Shown: positions 55,194-64,000 of the stretch, piece by piece
Layout of the letters: each line of letters opens with the position of its first letter
Position numbering within the stretch: the stretch's first letter is position 1
NCBI GenBank assembly: GCA_041552775.1
Contig: JBFEKH010000003.1
Coordinates: 8,820 to 72,819 of the forward strand
Direction of reading: 5' to 3'
DNA length: 64,000 nt
Source: Allopontixanthobacter sp.
GTDB lineage: Bacteria; Pseudomonadota; Alphaproteobacteria; Sphingomonadales; Sphingomonadaceae
Translations under genes and position numbers: made by a program
Notes under the pieces: generated by a model
What the model saw: the letters and a program-made list of their open reading frames with translations, nothing else
Database searches by the model: none
Told to the model about the DNA's origin: nothing

Positions 55194-56603
55194 ATGGCCA
55201 AGACGAAAAAACGCTATATCTGCCAGTCTTGCGGCTCGGTTTCGCACCGTTGGCAAGGGCAATGCGCAGATTGCTCTGAATGGAACACATTGCGCGAAGA
55301 TGTCCCTGCGACGGTGTTTTCGCAGAAGCACGACCTGTCCAGCGGGGGCAGGGTCGTTGAATTTGTAGCGCTCGATGCTCCGGGCGAGGTGTTGCAACGC
55401 CGGCCCACAGGTCTGGCAGAATTCGACCGCGCGCTGGGCGGCGGGTTGGTTCCGGGCTCTGCGATCCTGATGGGCGGCGATCCGGGGATCGGGAAATCGA
55501 CCCTGTTGCTGCAGGCTGCAGCACGAATCGCCAAGGCTGGCGGCGAAACAGTGTACGTCAGCGGTGAGGAAGCCGCCGGGCAAGTGCGCTTGCGGGCCTC
55601 ACGCCTCGGGCTTGCCGATGCCCCGATCAAGCTGGCAGCGGCAACATCCGTCCGCGATATCCTGACCACGCTCAACGATATGGAGCCGCCCGCATTGCTG
55701 GTGATCGATTCGATCCAGACGATGCACTCCGATACCATCGAAGGCGCCCCGGGAACGGTCAGCCAAGTGCGCGGCTGCGCGTTCGAACTGATCCGATATG
55801 CCAAGGAACGCGGCACTGCGCTGGTGCTTGTCGGGCATGTGACCAAGGATGGTACTATTGCCGGGCCGCGGGTGCTGGAACATATGGTCGATGTGGTGAT
55901 GAGCTTCGAAGGCGAGCGCAGCCATCAATACCGAATTCTGCGGGCACTGAAGAACCGTTTCGGCGCGGTCGATGAAATCGGCGTTTTCGCCATGGCCGGG
56001 GCGGGGCTGGAGGAAGTATCCAACCCGTCCATGCTGTTCCTGTCGGGCCGGGAATCTCCGATGGCTGGCAGCTCCGTCTTCCCTGCACTGGAAGGAACGC
56101 GCCCAGTGCTGGTCGAGATCCAGGCCTTGATTGTCCGGCTGCAAAGCGGCGCCACACCGCGCCGGGCCGTCGTTGGCTGGGACAATGGCCGGCTTGCGAT
56201 GTTGCTGGCGGTGCTGGAATCCCGCTGCGGGCTGAACTTCAGCTCGGCAGAAGTTTATCTCAATGTCGCAGGTGGATACCGCCTGTCGGATCCTGCCGCC
56301 GATGTCGCAGTGGCGGCTGCCCTGATCTCCGCACTTGCGGACAAGCCGCTGCCATCGGGCAGTACGTGGTTCGGGGAGGTATCGCTGGCCGGGGAAATCC
56401 GCCCGGTCGCGCATGCGGGGTTGCGATTGCGGGAATCGGCCAAGCTGGGTTTCGACAAGGGATTTGGCCCTGTTGCATCCGGCACACAGGGCGAGAAAAG
56501 CGACACGGATTCGGAAAAATCCGCTAAGAATTCACCTAGATTTAACTATCAGACCCTCTATCAACTAAGCAATCTCGTCGACCGAGTAATGTCGTCCAAA
56601 TAA
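55194..56603 (+). CDS. radA: DNA repair protein RadA
   Basis: The zinc finger is CQSCGSVSHRWQGQCADC, Walker A is GDPGIGKST, the KNRFG motif is present, and the C-terminus is Lon-like. Confidence 0.95.
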   Translation: MAKTKKRYICQSCGSVSHRWQGQCADCSEWNTLREDVPATVFSQKHDLSSGGRVVEFVALDAPGEVLQRRPTGLAEFDRALGGGLVPGSAILMGGDPGIGKSTLLLQAAARIAKAGGETVYVSGEEAAGQVRLRASRLGLADAPIKLAAATSVRDILTTLNDMEPPALLVIDSIQTMHSDTIEGAPGTVSQVRGCAFELIRYAKERGTALVLVGHVTKDGTIAGPRVLEHMVDVVMSFEGERSHQYRILRALKNRFGAVDEIGVFAMAGAGLEEVSNPSMLFLSGRESPMAGSSVFPALEGTRPVLVEIQALIVRLQSGATPRRAVVGWDNGRLAMLLAVLESRCGLNFSSAEVYLNVAGGYRLSDPAADVAVAAALISALADKPLPSGSTWFGEVSLAGEIRPVAHAGLRLRESAKLGFDKGFGPVASGTQGEKSDTDSEKSAKNSPRFNYQTLYQLSNLVDRVMSSK

Positions 56604-56617
56604 TTCAGGGCAAGTGT

Positions 56618-57145
56618 ATGACCGGTTTCGACATCATCGTTCTAATCATCGTTGGCGTCGCCGCGGTTGGTGGGTTTCTGCGCGGACTGGTGCAGGAGGT
56701 GCTCTCGGTCGCGGCATGGATTTTGGTCATATTTGCAATTCATTACCTGCACACACCGCTTTATACATGGATGGAGCCACGGATTGGCACCCCATCGGGC
56801 GCTGCCGTACTGTCATTTGCAGTGCTGCTGCTAATCCCTTACGCCGCCATGAAGCTGATTGCCGGACGTGCCGGTTCTGCCTCCAGAAATTCAGTTCTTG
56901 GCCCGATTGACAGGGTGCTGGGTTTCGGGTTTGGCGCGATCAAGGGCGGAATTATCGTCGTTTTGGCGTTTTCGCTCCTTGTCCTTGGCTATGATACGGT
57001 GTGGGGCGTGGCCGGTCGTCCGGTATGGATCACCACGGCCCGTTCCTACACGCTGGTCGATGCCGGGGCGGAGGCATTGGTCGAGATGATCGAAGGTCGC
57101 CGTGCCCAGCTGCGCAGGTCTGACCCCGTTGTTGCCGAGCAATGA
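56618..57145 (+). CDS. cvpA: CvpA family membrane protein
   Basis: 175 aa with 4 TM helices. The N-terminus reads MTGFDIIVLIIVGVAAVGGFLRGLVQE. Confidence 0.85.
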   Translation: MTGFDIIVLIIVGVAAVGGFLRGLVQEVLSVAAWILVIFAIHYLHTPLYTWMEPRIGTPSGAAVLSFAVLLLIPYAAMKLIAGRAGSASRNSVLGPIDRVLGFGFGAIKGGIIVVLAFSLLVLGYDTVWGVAGRPVWITTARSYTLVDAGAEALVEMIEGRRAQLRRSDPVVAEQ

Positions 57146-57582
57146 ACCCGCCGAGCGCAGCCAAGCTCTACACCCCTGAACTCCTGGCACTGGCAGTCCA
57201 GCTTGCCATTTATCCTTACAATCCTGCGCTCCCCCTCAAGGGCGATGCAAGATCCAGGACCTGTGGCAGCCATCTGGAAATCGGCCTGTCTGTGGATGAT
57301 CGTGGCCAAATCGTGAAAACCGGAATGCGGGTGACCGCTTGTGCCGTCGGACAGGCGGCAGCAGCAATATTCGCAGCTGGGGCGGCCGGGCATAAAGGCG
57401 AAGCGGTTGCACTAATACTGTCTGAGCTCGAAAGCTGGCTTGGCGGATCGGGCAAATTGCCAGATTGGCCGGGTCTTGCAGCACTGACACCCGCCCGCGA
57501 TCACCGTGGCCGCCACGGCGCCATTCTTTTGCCGTGGAAGGCGTCAGTCGCTGCGCTTTGCAAGGCGGGACAAGCGGGCTAA
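57142..57582 (+). CDS. NifU/IscU N-terminal-domain-like protein
   Basis: The ATG overlaps the cvpA stop (ATGA). The pattern is YTPELL..P..G.A.SRTCGS..I......G.I......V.ACAVGQA. Confidence 0.65.
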   Translation: MNPPSAAKLYTPELLALAVQLAIYPYNPALPLKGDARSRTCGSHLEIGLSVDDRGQIVKTGMRVTACAVGQAAAAIFAAGAAGHKGEAVALILSELESWLGGSGKLPDWPGLAALTPARDHRGRHGAILLPWKASVAALCKAGQAG

Positions 57583-57647
57583 AGCCTCCCTCAAACAGTC
57601 CACAACGAGGCGTTCTTGTGGATACCACATCGGGGGATGATGACATA

Positions 57648-59315
57648 ATGAGTGAAATTGTTGCCGAGAAAGGTTCCACCGCGATGGTGCATACGCCGAC
57701 GGACAAGGAAATCCGGCTGGTAATCGCTGCGTCATCCGCCGGGACGATCTTCGAATGGTATGATTTCTTCATTTACGGAACGCTTGCCGGATTGATCGGC
57801 GCGGCATTCTTTCCATCGGACAATGCCACGCTGGAGATGCTGCTGGTTTGGGCCGGCTTTGCAGTCGGATTCGGGTTTCGTCCCCTTGGCGCGATCCTGT
57901 TCGGATTTCTGGGCGACAAGTTGGGGCGCAAATATACGTTCCTGGTCACCGTAACCCTGATGGGTATCGCCACCGCTGGCGTCGGACTGATCCCGAGTGC
58001 AGCTACCATCGGTATTATCGCACCGATCATCGTGATCCTGCTGCGAATACTCCAGGGGCTTGCGCTGGGCGGGGAATATGGCGGAGCGGCGATCTATGTC
58101 GCTGAACATGCCCCGCCGGAAAAGCGAGGCTTCTACACCAGTTTCATCCAGGCGAGCGTGGCAGGCGGTTTCGTTCTGAGCATCGCTGTTGTCCTGACTT
58201 GCAGGCTCCTGATCCCCGAGGATGATTTCATTGCGTGGGGCTGGCGCGTACCGTTCCTGCTATCGATAGTCCTGCTTGGGCTCTCGCTCTGGATGCGCCT
58301 GAAACTCTCAGAAAGTCCGGTATTCAAGGCGATGAAGGAATCGGGCGAAACAGCGGACAATCCCTTCGTCGAAAGCTTCACCTATCCGGGCAATCCCAAG
58401 CGTATCTTTGTCGCATTGTTCGGTGTGGCGGGAATTTTGACGGTGATCTGGTACACGGCATTCTTCTCCGGATTGACGTTTCTGCGCGGACCGATGCGGA
58501 TGGATGAGGGCCTCGTGGAAATCATCATGCTGGTCGCTGGCTCTTTGTCGCTCGGCCTGTACCTGTTGGTGGGCAAATGGTCAGACCGCGTAGGCCGCAA
58601 GAAACCCATCCTGATCGGCGCAGTCCTGAGCTTGCTGCTGCTGTTTCCCATATTCTGGGGTATCGGCGCATTGGCCAATCCGGGCCTGCGCGACAGCGCG
58701 CGGGATGCACCCGTGATGATCACCGGCACAGCCTGCAATTACAATCCTTTCGCGGATGACCAGGCAACCGATTGCGGCAAATTGCTGCAAGAAATGACTT
58801 CGCTGGCGGTCCCCTATTCAGTGCAGGAAGCGGCGGCCACGTCTGGTCAGGGCGCGTTGAAAACGCTGATCATGAATATCGGTGATGCCCAACATGATCT
58901 GTCACAAGGGGTCGATCTGGGCGGCGCCGAACGCAAGGCATTCGTGCAGAACCTGCTACAGGAACAGGGCTACAGTTTCGAACGCCAGACACCGCCAATG
59001 GTGAACTTACTCGGCATCGTAGCACTGTTGCTATGTCTGGGCGGGCTGTCTGCGCTGACCTATGGTTCGGTGGCAGCGTTGTTGGCGGAGATGTTTCCGG
59101 CAAAGATACGCTACAGTTCAATGTCCATTCCTTACCATATCGGTGCGGGTTATCTCGGCGGATTCCTGCCGTTGATCGCCGCATATATCGTGGCGACAAC
59201 AGGCAATGCCTATGCCGGCCTATGGTACACTTGGGTGATCGTAGCATTTGGTCTTTTGGTCGCCTGGTGGGGTATTCAGGACGGCCCGCCCCGCGATTTC
59301 GACGCCAATGGTTGA
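57648..59315 (+). CDS. MFS transporter, MHS (metabolite:H+ symporter) family, with a large extra loop
   Basis: The segments SAGTIFEWYDFFIYG and GDKLGRK are present, with 12 TM helices. A ~108-aa hydrophilic insert lies between TM9 and TM10. Confidence 0.85.
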   Translation: MSEIVAEKGSTAMVHTPTDKEIRLVIAASSAGTIFEWYDFFIYGTLAGLIGAAFFPSDNATLEMLLVWAGFAVGFGFRPLGAILFGFLGDKLGRKYTFLVTVTLMGIATAGVGLIPSAATIGIIAPIIVILLRILQGLALGGEYGGAAIYVAEHAPPEKRGFYTSFIQASVAGGFVLSIAVVLTCRLLIPEDDFIAWGWRVPFLLSIVLLGLSLWMRLKLSESPVFKAMKESGETADNPFVESFTYPGNPKRIFVALFGVAGILTVIWYTAFFSGLTFLRGPMRMDEGLVEIIMLVAGSLSLGLYLLVGKWSDRVGRKKPILIGAVLSLLLLFPIFWGIGALANPGLRDSARDAPVMITGTACNYNPFADDQATDCGKLLQEMTSLAVPYSVQEAAATSGQGALKTLIMNIGDAQHDLSQGVDLGGAERKAFVQNLLQEQGYSFERQTPPMVNLLGIVALLLCLGGLSALTYGSVAALLAEMFPAKIRYSSMSIPYHIGAGYLGGFLPLIAAYIVATTGNAYAGLWYTWVIVAFGLLVAWWGIQDGPPRDFDANG

Positions 59316-60348
59316 ACTGCCGCCCCCGACATTGCGGTTGGGACTTGATCACGCCGCCTTGGCGGAAAACTGGCGAACGCTCGACCGGCTTTCCAGAAAA
59401 GCGAGTGCGGGCGCGGCGGTAAAGGCCGATGCATACGGGCTTGGGGCAGCCTATGTGGTTCCCACGTTGATGAAGGCCGGGGCACGCAATTTCTTTGTCG
59501 CTCATTGGAGCGAGGTTCCCGGGGTCATCGCCCATGCCGACCCTCGTTCGGTTTCAGTGCTGCACGGCCCGATGAACCCGGCCGATGCGGCTTTCGCGCG
59601 CGCGGCAGGTGTGAAGCCGGTGCTCAACAACCTCCATCAGGTTGCACTGTGGCTGGAAAGCGGAGGCGGGCCGTGCGACGTGATGATCGACAGCGGGATC
59701 AACCGGCTGGGCATTGCGATGCAGGATATCGGCGATCAATCACTCCATGAACTGCAGATCGAAGTGCTGATGTCGCATCTGGCATCAGCGGATGAGGATA
59801 GTGACCTGAACGCGGTCCAGCTTGAACGGTTCAAACAGGCTGCGCAGGCGATACCGGCAAAGCACTTGAGTCTGGCCAACAGCGCCGGGATTGGCCTCGG
59901 CTCTGACTTTTCATTTGATCTCACCCGTCCGGGATTGGCACTGTACGGCGGAATTCCGCGGCCTGAATTTGCTCATTTGATCAAGCAGGTCGCAAAACCG
60001 GAAGCCGTTATCCTCCAGCGCCGCAAGTTGAAGCCCGGCGACACGGTGGGCTACAATGCGGTGTTCACTGCGCACGGGGACATGGACGTTGGCGTGGTAT
60101 CGCTGGGCTATGCGGACGGCTTTCTGCGCTGCTGGACTGGGCGGGGCGCCTTGGCGTCGGATGGCATAAGCCTGCCACTTCTGGGCAAGGTTTCGATGGA
60201 CATGGTGGTTGTCGACATTTCTGCTGCACCATATTTGCGCGAAGGCGACTGGGTCCAGGTGCCGTACGATTTACCAAAATCGTCGGAAATCAGTGGGCTG
60301 TCGCAATATGAATTGCTGACAACGCTGGGACAAAGGTTCCGCCGTTAA
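59308..60348 (+). CDS. alr: alanine racemase
   Basis: The PLP lysine motif is AVKADAYGLG. The ATG at 59308 overlaps the MFS gene end by 8 nt. Confidence 0.9.
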   Translation: MVELPPPTLRLGLDHAALAENWRTLDRLSRKASAGAAVKADAYGLGAAYVVPTLMKAGARNFFVAHWSEVPGVIAHADPRSVSVLHGPMNPADAAFARAAGVKPVLNNLHQVALWLESGGGPCDVMIDSGINRLGIAMQDIGDQSLHELQIEVLMSHLASADEDSDLNAVQLERFKQAAQAIPAKHLSLANSAGIGLGSDFSFDLTRPGLALYGGIPRPEFAHLIKQVAKPEAVILQRRKLKPGDTVGYNAVFTAHGDMDVGVVSLGYADGFLRCWTGRGALASDGISLPLLGKVSMDMVVVDISAAPYLREGDWVQVPYDLPKSSEISGLSQYELLTTLGQRFRR

Positions 60349-60367
60349 TATGTTTCAAGGCGATTTT

Positions 60368-60389
60368 GTTGCACTGCACACACTGCAAC
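60368..60389. promoter_or_regulatory. inverted repeat GTTGCA-N10-TGCAAC with TGC-rich repeats, a candidate PhaR auto-operator
   Basis: Read directly from the sequence, 40-60 nt upstream of the phaR ATG. Confidence 0.25.
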
Positions 60390-60428
60390 TGCTATAGTGC
60401 TTAAAACAATAATAGACGGGGTTCTACA

Positions 60429-60995
60429 ATGGCCAAGCGCGATCCGAAAGACGGCGATACCGTAATAATCAAGAAGTACGCCAATCGGCGTCTATATAAC
60501 ACCAGTTCGTCCAGTTATATTACGCTTGATGATCTCTCGAAAATGACGCGTGACGGTACGGATTTCAAAGTACTCGATGCCAAAAGCGGCGACGACATCA
60601 CCCATTCGATACTGACTCAGATCATCATGGAAGAAGAAGCGAACGGCGAGCACATGCTACCGGTCAGCTTTCTGCGCGATTTGATTGCGATGTATGGCAA
60701 TTCGATGCAGTCGATGATGCCGCATTACCTGGAAGCCGCGATGGTCAACTTCCGTGAAAACCAGTCGAAACTCCATGCTGCGTTGCGTCAGAACATCGGA
60801 ACCAATCCGCTGACCAAGCTGGCCGAGACCAATATGGCCATGATGCGGGCTGCCACACAGGCATTCATGCCTGGGTCAAAGGCCGAGACTGAAACAAACG
60901 AGCCATCGGAACAGTCAGAAGATAATTCGGAACTGACCGAGCTTCGCCAGCAAATGGCTGCGATGCAGAAGAAGTTGGACGAATTGAGCAAATAA
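60429..60995 (+). CDS. phaR: polyhydroxyalkanoate synthesis repressor PhaR
   Basis: The segment IKKYANRRLYNTSSSSYITLDDL is the PhaR N-terminal signature. Confidence 0.92.
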   Translation: MAKRDPKDGDTVIIKKYANRRLYNTSSSSYITLDDLSKMTRDGTDFKVLDAKSGDDITHSILTQIIMEEEANGEHMLPVSFLRDLIAMYGNSMQSMMPHYLEAAMVNFRENQSKLHAALRQNIGTNPLTKLAETNMAMMRAATQAFMPGSKAETETNEPSEQSEDNSELTELRQQMAAMQKKLDELSK

Positions 60996-61076
60996 GCTGG
61001 ACGCTTGACCCCTCAACTCCCCGCGCTAACATTCTCAGCCCACTCATTTCCAGCATTATCCTGAACAGGAATTCCC

Positions 61077-62618
61077 GTGTCTAATATTCGTCACGCCCTT
61101 ACTGCGCGCCGCGCCGATGACTTTGCCGCATGGTATCAGGAGGTTATCAGCGCCGCCGATCTGGCGGAGGAATCCGGTGTTCGCGGCTGCATGGTCATCA
61201 AGCCTTGGGGATACGGCATCTGGGAACGCATCCAGCGCCTGATGGATGACCGGATCAAGGCCACTGGCCATGACAATTGCTATTTCCCGATCTTCATTCC
61301 GCTGTCGAATTTCGAGCGCGAGGCCGAGCATGTCGAAGGCTTTGCCAAGGAAATGGCGGTTGTCACGCATCACCGCCTGATTGCGGACGGAAACGGCAAG
61401 CTGATCCCCGATCCCGAAGCAAAGCTGGAAGAACCGCTGGTTGTGCGGCCGACTTCCGAAACCATCATCGGTGATGCAATGGCGCGCTGGATTCAAAGCT
61501 GGCGCGACCTGCCCCTGCTGACCAACCAGTGGGCCAATGTCGTACGTTGGGAAATGCGGACCCGGATGTTCCTGCGAACCAGCGAATTCCTGTGGCAAGA
61601 AGGCCATACCGCGCATGAAGATGCGCAGAACGCAAAGGAACATACCCTCCGCATGCTCGAAGTTTATCGCGCCTGCGCCGAAGACGATCTGGCGATGCCG
61701 GTGATCGCGGGCGAAAAGCCAGAGAACGAACGGTTTCCCGGCGCGGTAGAGACCTGGTCGATCGAAGCAATGATGCAGGATGGCAAGGCGCTGCAGGCAG
61801 GCACTTCGCATTATCTCGGGACCAATTTCGCCAGGGCTTCCGGCATCCAGTATCAGGACCGCGAAGGCAGCCAGCAATATTGCCACACCACCAGTTGGGG
61901 CACTTCCACCCGCCTGATCGGCGGGGTCATCATGACCCATGGTGACGATGACGGCCTGCGCGTGCCGCCCGCGATTGCCCCGCATCAGGTGGTGATCCTG
62001 CCGATGCTGCGCGACAAGCCGGAAGACGAAGCGTTGCTCGCCTATTGCGAGACCTTGCGCGCCGCGATTGCAGGGCATTCGGCGTTGGGCGAGAAAGTCC
62101 GCGTTCTGCTCGACAGGAAACCGGGCAAAGCGGCGGCAAAGCGGTGGGACTGGGTGCGCAAAGGTGCGCCGGTGATCCTTGAAATTGGCGGCCGCGATAT
62201 GGAAAACGGCACCGTCAGCCTGCTGCGCCGCGACCGGCTGTGGGCGGAAAATGGCAAGCCCGACTTCTCTGCTCCCACCAAGGAAGACGCTGCCGCTTCG
62301 ATCTCGGCATTGCTTGAAGAAATCCAGCAGGCACTATTCGACGAGGCGGCGACCCGCCGCGATGCGAATATCACGCGGGATATCACTACGATGGAAGCCC
62401 TGTCCGCGTTTTACGATGACAGCGCCAAATACCCCGGTTGGGCCGAAGTCCAGTGGTCCAAGCCAACTGGCGCCGCGTTGGACGCTGTGGTCGAGAAGTT
62501 GAAGGCGCTAAAACTGACCGTCCGAAATGTGCCAATTGGCGCTGCCGCTGCAGATGGAACCTGCATCTTCGCCGGCGAACCGGCGGTAGAGCGCATCTAC
62601 GTCGCCCGGGCTTACTGA
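61077..62618 (+). CDS. proS: proline--tRNA ligase (archaeal/eukaryote-like type)
   Basis: GTG start, 513 aa. The segments FAAWYQEVI..A.L, class II motifs and a C-terminal domain are present. Confidence 0.94.
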   Translation: MSNIRHALTARRADDFAAWYQEVISAADLAEESGVRGCMVIKPWGYGIWERIQRLMDDRIKATGHDNCYFPIFIPLSNFEREAEHVEGFAKEMAVVTHHRLIADGNGKLIPDPEAKLEEPLVVRPTSETIIGDAMARWIQSWRDLPLLTNQWANVVRWEMRTRMFLRTSEFLWQEGHTAHEDAQNAKEHTLRMLEVYRACAEDDLAMPVIAGEKPENERFPGAVETWSIEAMMQDGKALQAGTSHYLGTNFARASGIQYQDREGSQQYCHTTSWGTSTRLIGGVIMTHGDDDGLRVPPAIAPHQVVILPMLRDKPEDEALLAYCETLRAAIAGHSALGEKVRVLLDRKPGKAAAKRWDWVRKGAPVILEIGGRDMENGTVSLLRRDRLWAENGKPDFSAPTKEDAAASISALLEEIQQALFDEAATRRDANITRDITTMEALSAFYDDSAKYPGWAEVQWSKPTGAALDAVVEKLKALKLTVRNVPIGAAAADGTCIFAGEPAVERIYVARAY

Positions 62619-62670
62619 TACGGCGTAATCCGGCCTTGCCAATCGGGCGTTCAGCATGGACATAGGGGGG

Positions 62671-64000
62671 ATGCACAAAACCATATTTGTCAGCGCATCA
62701 GCGCTCGTTTCGCTCACCTTTTCTGTTCCACTTGCTGCGCAGGATCATCCCGCGGAGCAGGTTTCCGAAGAGCGCCTGCGCGGCGATATCGATGCGCTGG
62801 TCGGCTTCGGCACACGGCATACGATGTCGCTGCAGGACCATCCGACGCGCGGCATTGGTGCGGCGCGGCGCTGGGGCGAGGGTGAATTTCGCAAGGCCAG
62901 CAAAGCCTGCGGCGGGTGCCTGGAGATCGTGCTACCGGAACGCATGGTCGAAGGGCGCCGGATCCAGGTACCAACGCGGCTGGTCAACGTTGTGGCCATC
63001 CAGCGCGGCAGCGAACGCCCCAATGAAGTGATCATCGTCCAGGGCCATATCGACAGCCGGGTTTCCGATGTGGCTGATTTTACCAGCGATGCCCCCGGCG
63101 CCAATGATGATGGCTCCGGCACCGCTCTGGTGGTCGAGGCTGCGCGTGTCCTGTCCGGCAGGAAATACCCGACAACAATCGTCTATGCGCTGCTGTCAGG
63201 TGAAGAACAGGGTCTGTATGGCGGGCAATTGATGGCTGATTATGCCAAGGAACAGGGCTGGACCGTGAAGGCCGTGCTCAATAACGACATCGTTGGTGGC
63301 AGCTGCGGGTCTGACGGTTATTGCGATGAAGGTCATGTTCGGGTGTTCTCCGAAGGACCGCGGTCCGATGCCACAGATGCCCTGCGCGCTGACATGCGCC
63401 GCAACGGCGGGGAAAATGACAGCCCCAGCCGCAACCTTTCGCGCTGGCTGGATGCACTTGCGCACGAAACAGAAGGCGGGCTCGACGTGCGGCAGATCTG
63501 GCGCACCGACCGGATGGGGCGGGGCGGGGACCAGATTCCCTTCCTGGAGAATGGATATCCGGCGATCCGGTTCTCCGTGGCGATTGAGGATTACGAACAC
63601 CAGCACCAGGATTTGCGCGTCGAAGGTGGCGTCACCTATGGCGATACGGCGGACGAGATGAATTTCCCCTACCTCGCCAACGTCACCCGGCTGAATGTCC
63701 GCGCGCTGGACCGGCTGGCTCGCACCCCGATGCCGCCGGCACCGGTCGCCGAGGCAGCCGTGCAGACCTTCACCTCGCTCAAATGGGAAGAAGTGCCCGG
63801 CGCAATCAATTACACGATCTGGAAACGGCGGACCGATATGCCCGCATGGGAATCGGAGCCCGTGATTGAGAATGTGGTGGCAACCAGTGCAAATCTCGAG
63901 GGTGTCCGCGGCGATGACTGGTTCTTCGGCGTTAGCGCGCATGGTGCCGACGGTTCGATGAGCCCGATTGCCAGCGCCGTGCCGGGCGGCGCCTCTGTTC
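62671..64000 (+). CDS. M28 family metallopeptidase, 3'-truncated by the window edge
   Basis: This ORF is not in the supplied track because it runs off the window. The ATG at 62671 follows GGGGGG. There is a signal peptide ending in LAAQD. The metal ligands are in QGHIDS, NDDGSG and SGEEQGL. Confidence 0.85.
   Translation, partial: MHKTIFVSASALVSLTFSVPLAAQDHPAEQVSEERLRGDIDALVGFGTRHTMSLQDHPTRGIGAARRWGEGEFRKASKACGGCLEIVLPERMVEGRRIQVPTRLVNVVAIQRGSERPNEVIIVQGHIDSRVSDVADFTSDAPGANDDGSGTALVVEAARVLSGRKYPTTIVYALLSGEEQGLYGGQLMADYAKEQGWTVKAVLNNDIVGGSCGSDGYCDEGHVRVFSEGPRSDATDALRADMRRNGGENDSPSRNLSRWLDALAHETEGGLDVRQIWRTDRMGRGGDQIPFLENGYPAIRFSVAIEDYEHQHQDLRVEGGVTYGDTADEMNFPYLANVTRLNVRALDRLARTPMPPAPVAEAAVQTFTSLKWEEVPGAINYTIWKRRTDMPAWESEPVIENVVATSANLEGVRGDDWFFGVSAHGADGSMSPIASAVPGGASV

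Overview
This 64-kb window is a chromosomal segment of roughly 60% G+C. It looks alphaproteobacterial. Gene content, gene order, a CTTG-N17-CCTATAT heat-shock promoter and many lipobox or Tat exported proteins suggest a Sphingomonadales/Erythrobacteraceae-like organism, but that is inference, not a search result.

The window is densely packed with housekeeping genes: mutL (partial), ychF, pth, rplY, glyQ-glyS, ppdK, hisI, cysK, tyrS, parE, rsmI, gshB, xerC, hemW, rdgB, rph, hrcA-grpE, dnaK-dnaJ, radA, cvpA, alr, phaR and proS. Small accessory modules sit between them: an XRE operon, tandem TraB/GumN genes, tandem CAP-domain genes, a MoxR/VWA pair, a PCu(A)C-HExxH pair, a DOMON-NamZ pair, and a patatin-like protein. 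By eye I found no rRNA, tRNA, CRISPR array, IS element, integrase-bounded island or prophage.

Observations worth a second look:
1. An orphan ~300-nt non-coding locus with its own minus-strand terminator lies between a decayed comF and hisI.
2. A CsoR-type inverted repeat sits directly in front of a glutaredoxin-MauE fusion gene.
3. Four ATGTC boxes, phased about two helical turns apart, sit upstream of an XRE/membrane-protein operon.
4. A ~240-bp low-GC patch lies inside the essential glyS gene.
5. A MoxR-VWA pair is split by DUF817 and a soluble, domain-inverted MCP-like gene.
6. Four disabling lesions (a frameshift plus in-frame TAA, TAG and TGA) hit three non-essential genes.

I did not find a convincing multi-gene system that is clearly novel. 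All start codons were chosen by eye (signal peptides, SD-like motifs, stop/start overlaps), and nothing here was verified by a database search.
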